From an uncultured virus (IMG/VR IMGVR_UViG_3300020576_008020) (taxonomy: Duplodnaviria; Heunggongvirae; Uroviricota; Caudoviricetes): 20,000 nucleotides of DNA. The position numbers were made by a program, and so were the translations under genes. The stretch lies in the IMG/VR virus record IMGVR_UViG_3300020576_008020; one strand, given 5' to 3'. Positions within the stretch are counted from its first letter, which is position 1. The number at the start of each line of letters is the position of its first letter. Below the pieces are notes generated by a model. That model made no database searches, was not told where the DNA came from, and worked only from the letters and a program-made list of their open reading frames with translations. This document shows positions 15,118 through 20,000 of this stretch, piece by piece.

Positions 15118-15681
15118 ATGAATTACAGGGACGCATTTTTTGCAATGCAGGATGGCCAAAAGGTAAAGTTACCTGAATGGATAGGTTACTGGTGGATGCC
15201 GGATATAAATTTTTCCGGAGACCGGGAAAAATGTATTCGCGTTCTTACTAAGAACGGCGACATTCTTGATACGCCCTGGATTGATAAATATCGTAGCCGC
15301 GATGATTGGGAGATTACTGACGGCGCTCTTGGCTTTGAGTTTGCTATACTGGCGCTGAAAAATGGCAAAAAAGTGACTTGTCGTGCTCTGGGCTTTAATT
15401 GGCTCCAGTTAAGCAAATTTGAGGTGAAGAAGGGAGATGAAGAGGCTGTTATTGTTAGTGAAATAATTCGATGTGCGCCGGAAGGTTTTGTGAGTGATGC
15501 AACTGATGATGCTCAAAAATTAGTATCAAATGTTGTATATCAGCCATGGGAGATGTCTTCCAAGTGGTTGCTTTTTACGGACTATTCATTGTGTCAATTT
15601 TCTTTTATTACTGATAAGCCATTGGTGTATACTCCCGTGCAGGTATTATGTAATCCCAGTTTTAAAATAATATTGGAATAA
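15118..15681 (+). CDS. DUF2829 / Tad2-like protein with two tandem units
   Basis: MNYRDAFFAMQDGQKVKLPEW...DDWEI, then GFEFAILALKNGKKV...YQPWEMS...FTDY. Confidence 0.65.
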   Translation: MNYRDAFFAMQDGQKVKLPEWIGYWWMPDINFSGDREKCIRVLTKNGDILDTPWIDKYRSRDDWEITDGALGFEFAILALKNGKKVTCRALGFNWLQLSKFEVKKGDEEAVIVSEIIRCAPEGFVSDATDDAQKLVSNVVYQPWEMSSKWLLFTDYSLCQFSFITDKPLVYTPVQVLCNPSFKIILE

Positions 15682-15693
15682 GCTAACCGGTGT

Positions 15694-15960
15694 ATGGAAA
15701 AAGACATTAAAAACATTGAGCTAAAAATTTACAAGAAACTGTACGAAATAAATAGCGCAGTGTTGCGGGCTATTGTTCATAGAGTTGACGATAGGCTTGC
15801 ATACAGAGATAAGGTTGATGTAGATAAGAAAGAAAAAAGAGATATTGAGCTGATGGAGGCTATTGCCAATAAGGATAAGTGGGATTTTCATGGAATTTGC
15901 AGCAACGATAAAATTAAGTTGATGGAGTTTTTGGAGTATTTGCTTGATGATAAGGCGTAA
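15694..15960 (+). CDS. Hypothetical protein (88 aa)
   Basis: ORF in co-directional run. Confidence 0.65.
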   Translation: MEKDIKNIELKIYKKLYEINSAVLRAIVHRVDDRLAYRDKVDVDKKEKRDIELMEAIANKDKWDFHGICSNDKIKLMEFLEYLLDDKA

Positions 15961-15977
15961 GTATAAATGGTCTGATA

Positions 15978-16370
15978 ATGTACATGCACACCAATAAAGG
16001 AATATTTTTTTATTTTCTTGAATTACCGGCAGATACCCGGAAATTCATTTTTGATATTGGTTCCGAGTCTGTTAATTATATAGGCGACTATAGTCCTTTG
16101 CCAACAGATTTATTGCCGTCAGCTTTATTACATACACTTCCCAATGGAAGATATGAGGTATTAGGCTCTGCTGATAGGCTGCTTGGACAGCAATGGGAGG
16201 AGATTGTTGATAAGCCGGATACCTGTAGTTATTTTGGCATTCCGCTTTATACAAACTATCTGTTTCCGGGAGAATGGAACCAAACTTTTACAAACCCAAG
16301 AGATAGCGGCCTGTCATTGCTGGAGTCTGTTGGTTTTAAGCCAGGTACATTTATTATAAAGAAAAAATAA
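15978..16370 (+). CDS. Hypothetical protein (130 aa)
   Basis: ORF in co-directional run. Confidence 0.7.
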   Translation: MYMHTNKGIFFYFLELPADTRKFIFDIGSESVNYIGDYSPLPTDLLPSALLHTLPNGRYEVLGSADRLLGQQWEEIVDKPDTCSYFGIPLYTNYLFPGEWNQTFTNPRDSGLSLLESVGFKPGTFIIKKK

Positions 16371-16381
16371 AGCAACAATAC

Positions 16382-16681
16382 ATGCCTATACAAAAGTTTA
16401 CAATCAAAGGTTCTGACTCCGGCAGTGTGCCGCCTATTGATGTTGATATGGTGCAGTACAATCTCAATGCTAACCAGCAGTTTATTGTGCTGTCTGTTGA
16501 TTTCAACAAGTACCCAGTAGAATTTGAAAATTATGCAGGCATTGAATACGATAAGCTTGGCAAGTTGCAGGACCAGTCTGCAATATTTCAGCAGCAGATT
16601 ATGAATTCCCTGACTCTTGATGGTTGGGACTTTGTCGCCTGCGCTAACCCGGAGATTGTAATAATGACCAATAAAAAGTAA
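16382..16681 (+). CDS. Hypothetical protein (99 aa)
   Basis: ORF in co-directional run. Confidence 0.7.
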   Translation: MPIQKFTIKGSDSGSVPPIDVDMVQYNLNANQQFIVLSVDFNKYPVEFENYAGIEYDKLGKLQDQSAIFQQQIMNSLTLDGWDFVACANPEIVIMTNKK

Positions 16682-16684
16682 CAT

Positions 16685-16861
16685 ATGCTAAGCAAAAAGT
16701 TTTTGAACATTGCGGGTTTTATTGCCAAGAATATTGGTGTTTGTGTGATTTTGTATTTATTGGACTTGCTATTTAATACTTTTACAGTAGTTATTATAAT
16801 ATTTTTTGTAGTTGGTGTTTTTTCAATATTGCAAGAAGTTTTAGAAAAAAAAGAGCAGTAA
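16685..16861 (+). CDS. Small 2-TM membrane protein (58 aa; not in ORF track)
   Basis: MLSKKFLNIAGFIAKNIGVCVILYLLDLLFNTFTVVIIIFFVVGVFSILQEVLEKKEQ*; fills the gap between neighbours. Confidence 0.55.
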   Translation: MLSKKFLNIAGFIAKNIGVCVILYLLDLLFNTFTVVIIIFFVVGVFSILQEVLEKKEQ

Positions 16862-16874
16862 TATATTTTATAAG

Positions 16875-17150
16875 GTGGACATCTTTGAGCGCATAATGTT
16901 TAATCGGTACTTTAAAACCAAACAGGCGGTAAAGCGTGCGGAAGCTTACCGGGATGCATATCATTACGAATGTTCTAAAAAACATGAAACAGAAAAAAGA
17001 CATCGTTTTAATATTTTTGTTCCGTATAACCCTATAAAGCCCAGTGACCTTTCGCTTGAGAAATTTTTACAACAAAATCCCCGGTATAGACAGATAGGTA
17101 TATCAAAAAATCTGAACAACAAAGAAGACAAAACAGAAAACAATGATTGA
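16875..17150 (+). CDS. Hypothetical protein (91 aa)
   Basis: GTG-start ORF overlapping the next gene. Confidence 0.6.
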   Translation: MDIFERIMFNRYFKTKQAVKRAEAYRDAYHYECSKKHETEKRHRFNIFVPYNPIKPSDLSLEKFLQQNPRYRQIGISKNLNNKEDKTENND

Positions 17151-17493
17151 CAAGCTATTTACCATACTCAGCAAGCACCGCTTTTCTTTGGAGAAGGAAA
17201 AAGAAACTCAGGTAGAGATAGCGGCCCTGCTAAAAAGCAACAACATTGACTATGCCCGAGAATTTATACTGGATAAAGAGAATACTATCGATTTTATGTT
17301 TGAGGAAGCGGGTATTGGTATGGAGGTGAAAATAAAGGGCGGAAAGCGGGCTATATATCGCCAGTGTGAGCGCTATTGCAGCTTTGACCAGGTAAAGGTA
17401 CTTATACTGGTTACTAGTCGCAGCATGGGTATGGTGAAAGAAATTAATAACAAACCTGTATACCTTATAAATTTATCTACTGCATGGTTGTAA
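17143..17493 (+). CDS. PD-(D/E)XK-fold nuclease-like protein (116 aa)
   Basis: EKETQ...REF...IDFM...GMEVK...YRQCERY; overlaps the SNF2 helicase start. Confidence 0.7.
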   Translation: MIDKLFTILSKHRFSLEKEKETQVEIAALLKSNNIDYAREFILDKENTIDFMFEEAGIGMEVKIKGGKRAIYRQCERYCSFDQVKVLILVTSRSMGMVKEINNKPVYLINLSTAWL

Positions 17494-19169
17494 GAACATA
17501 CGGCACTTTAGAGTACGACAAAAGTAAAAACAGTTTTTGCATATCGAAGGCAGAGCCGCACATATGCATCAAGCTGAAGCACATATTTCAGGTCCTACGT
17601 AAAGGAGGTACCGTACCTTTCTATTTTAGTAATACCCCGGAGCATAGCCATGACCTGCTGTGGTTTATGGAGCGGTACCCGTTGGATGTTACCCCGGAGG
17701 CTGCAAAGCTGTTAAAGGTAGGAAGAAAAAAATACGTTAATGACCTCAATGAGCGGGAGCGTATACTGTTGCCGGACTATGTGCCTGTACCGGCTGCCTT
17801 GAATAGTGGGGAACATGCCAGGCATTATCAGCTTCAGGCGCGGGACATGCTCATGCAGATGAAAAGGCTGCTGCTGACTGACCACATGGGTTTAGGTAAG
17901 ACGGTATCAGCGATATTATGTATGCTTTTCGGTGCATGCAGGCCTGCTGCCGTTGTATGCCAGACACACCTGCCAATACAGTGGAAAAGGGAGATAGAGC
18001 GGTTTACCGGACTTACGGTGCATATAGTCAAAACAAGGAAGGCGTATAACCTGCCACCTGCGGACGTATACATTTTCAAATACACGTCGCTGTCCGGTTG
18101 GGTAGACCTGTTCGGTACTTCTTTTTTTAAGTTGGCGGTATTTGATGAGTGCCAGGAACTGAGGTGTACCGGTTCTGATAAATACAATGCTGCGCTAGCC
18201 TTATCAAATAATGTCAACTATTGCCTGGCCATGTCGGGTACGCCGATATATAATTATGGCATAGAAGTATATAATATACTTAATTTGATTAAACCCGGAT
18301 GCCTTGGTGAGGTATCTGATTTTATCTGGGAGTGGTGCAAGGGTAATCTAAAGGAGGTGGATGACCCTAAAGCTCTGGGTACCTACCTGCGGGAGAACAT
18401 GCTGATGCTCAGGAGGACTCGGGAGGATGTTGGCCGGGAGCTGCCAGTAGTTAATAAGCTGGTATATGAAGTGGAATACGACCAGCATGAAGTAAAAAAA
18501 GTAGAAAAGCTGGCGCAGCAACTGGCTCTGGCGACTACTACAGGTTCTTTTATGGCCCGCGGGGAAGCAGCCCGTGAGCTGGATATTCGGGTGCGCCATG
18601 CAACTGGGGTATCCAAGGCATTGTCTGTATCTGCCTGGGTAAGAATGTTCCTGGAGACCGGCGAGCCTATAGTACTTGCCGGGTGGCACCGGGAGGTATA
18701 TGATATTTGGCTGAAGGAGCTGGCGGACTTTAATCCCGTAATGTATACCGGGTCAGAATCACCTAAGCAGAAAGATGAGGCCGCGGCTAAGTTTATAGCC
18801 GGTGAAACCAACTTGTTTATTATATCTTTAAGGTCGGGTGTGGGCCTTGATGGTCTTCAAAAGCGTTGTAAGACAGTGGTTTATGGTGAGCTGGACTGGT
18901 CTCCAAAGGTGCATGACCAGCTTACGGCAAGATTGGACAGGGATGGGCAGCAGGAGCAGGTAACGGCTATATTTTTGGTTACAAACTGGGGTAGCGACCC
19001 GGTAGTCATTGATATGTTGGGCGTAAAATCGTCACAGGCTCACGGTATTGTCGACCCGTTATTGGCGCCTGCGGCACAGCATAGCGATGAAAGTAGAATT
19101 AAAAAGCTGGCGAAACAGTTTCTTAAAGGCAAAAATATTGAGGTGGAAGAGCCGTCGGTTGTTGATTAA
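17484..19169 (+). CDS. SNF2-family helicase/ATPase (561 aa)
   Basis: HYQ, DHMGLGKT, VFDECQ, MSGTPIYN, GVGLDGLQ, ARLDRDGQ. Confidence 0.9.
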   Translation: MVVRTYGTLEYDKSKNSFCISKAEPHICIKLKHIFQVLRKGGTVPFYFSNTPEHSHDLLWFMERYPLDVTPEAAKLLKVGRKKYVNDLNERERILLPDYVPVPAALNSGEHARHYQLQARDMLMQMKRLLLTDHMGLGKTVSAILCMLFGACRPAAVVCQTHLPIQWKREIERFTGLTVHIVKTRKAYNLPPADVYIFKYTSLSGWVDLFGTSFFKLAVFDECQELRCTGSDKYNAALALSNNVNYCLAMSGTPIYNYGIEVYNILNLIKPGCLGEVSDFIWEWCKGNLKEVDDPKALGTYLRENMLMLRRTREDVGRELPVVNKLVYEVEYDQHEVKKVEKLAQQLALATTTGSFMARGEAARELDIRVRHATGVSKALSVSAWVRMFLETGEPIVLAGWHREVYDIWLKELADFNPVMYTGSESPKQKDEAAAKFIAGETNLFIISLRSGVGLDGLQKRCKTVVYGELDWSPKVHDQLTARLDRDGQQEQVTAIFLVTNWGSDPVVIDMLGVKSSQAHGIVDPLLAPAAQHSDESRIKKLAKQFLKGKNIEVEEPSVVD

Positions 19170-19174
19170 AAGAA

Positions 19175-20000
19175 GGTAATGACATATTTTAGTGTACCGC
19201 CAAATATTTTAATAAATATTTATTGAATTACTTGCACGTACCGAAAATAGGTATTATATTTGTGTTGAACAATTAAAGACTAATAGAATGGAAAAAGCTA
19301 AAAAGACCGTACAGTTCAATTCATTTCCCGCAATGATTAACGCATTGCCTGACGACAAATCTTGTCGTGAATACTTAGAGCAAAAAATATGGAAAGGTGG
19401 CAATCCAGTATGTCCCTACTGTGGTGGTCATAAACATTACAGGCTCACAGAGCATGGAGAATTTAAGGGGCAATACAAGTGCGCTGATTGCAAAAAGCGT
19501 TATAACGTAATGGTGGGTACAATGTTTGAAGGTACACACATCGGATTGCGCAAATGGTTTATTGCTATCTACATCTTTTCATTGCATAAAAAGGGTGTTA
19601 GTTCACATCAATTAGCAAGTGATTTGGACATAACCCAAAAGAGTGCTTGGTTCTTATTGAGCCGCATACGCCACGCATTTGCACCAGACCAACCAACCGA
19701 AGCAATAGATGGTTTGTTTCATGCCGATGAAACGTTCGTGGGCGGGAAAAATCGCAACAGGCATGAAGATAAAAAGGTAGAGCAATCACAGGGTCGTAGC
19801 TATAAGGATAAAACACCTGTATTCGGACTGATGCAGGAGGGAGGCAAGGTAAGCACCCACGTTGTACCAAATACAAAAGCCATAACTTTGAAGCCGATTA
19901 TTGAGGGTATGGTAAAGAAGGGGTCTATCATTGTAACAGACGAATGGCTTGCCTATAAAGGCTTGGCAAAGAATTATAACCACGTTGTTATAAATCATCT
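19175..20000 (+). mobile_element. IS1595-family element, left part (truncated by the window)
   Basis: Candidate left end GGTAATGACATATTTTAGTGTACC just after the helicase stop; TATATTTG box at 19255-19262; transposase from 19288. Right end not visible, so the boundary is tentative. Confidence 0.65.
19288..20000 (+). CDS. IS1595-family transposase (partial, runs off window; not in ORF track)
   Basis: MEKAKKTVQF...CPYCG...YKCADCKKRY...KKGVSSHQLASDLDITQKSAWF...HADETFVGG...IVTDEWLAY: zinc ribbon, HTH and DDE motifs. Confidence 0.92.
   Translation, partial: MEKAKKTVQFNSFPAMINALPDDKSCREYLEQKIWKGGNPVCPYCGGHKHYRLTEHGEFKGQYKCADCKKRYNVMVGTMFEGTHIGLRKWFIAIYIFSLHKKGVSSHQLASDLDITQKSAWFLLSRIRHAFAPDQPTEAIDGLFHADETFVGGKNRNRHEDKKVEQSQGRSYKDKTPVFGLMQEGGKVSTHVVPNTKAITLKPIIEGMVKKGSIIVTDEWLAYKGLAKNYNHVVINH

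Noticed and set aside
390..19998. Short antisense or overlapping track ORFs (e.g. 390..632, 1709..2092, 8790..9269, 13571..14230, 17834..18217, 19598..19876)
   Set aside because: They are shadows of well-supported genes on the other strand or frame and show no recognisable motifs.

Overview
Accessory/early region of a probable Bacteroidota (pro)phage. Host evidence: repeated TAnnTTTG promoter boxes and a T9SS-sorted protein. Phage-type genes: DUF932, DUF5131, dCMP deaminase, GT2, GT25, DUF2829/Tad2-like, PD-(D/E)XK nuclease and SNF2 helicase. The main structure is nested mobile DNA: a solo IS605/IS1341-type tnpB (3158-9342) is split by a 4944-bp IS1-family cargo element (3550-8493; 39/41-bp terminal IRs, 8-bp TSD AAAATAGG). 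The element carries one transposase, a 650-aa T9SS-secreted protein behind a long hairpin leader, small genes, a 27-bp-periodic repeat array and an atypical tRNA-like gene whose anticodon arm is duplicated upstream. Removing it restores an in-frame 410-aa TnpB. Six sigma54-type (-24/-12) promoter motifs precede genes in the window, one of them a stand-alone Fis/NtrC-type HTH gene. An IS1595-family element starts near 19175 and runs off the end. Family calls come from motif recognition, not database searches.
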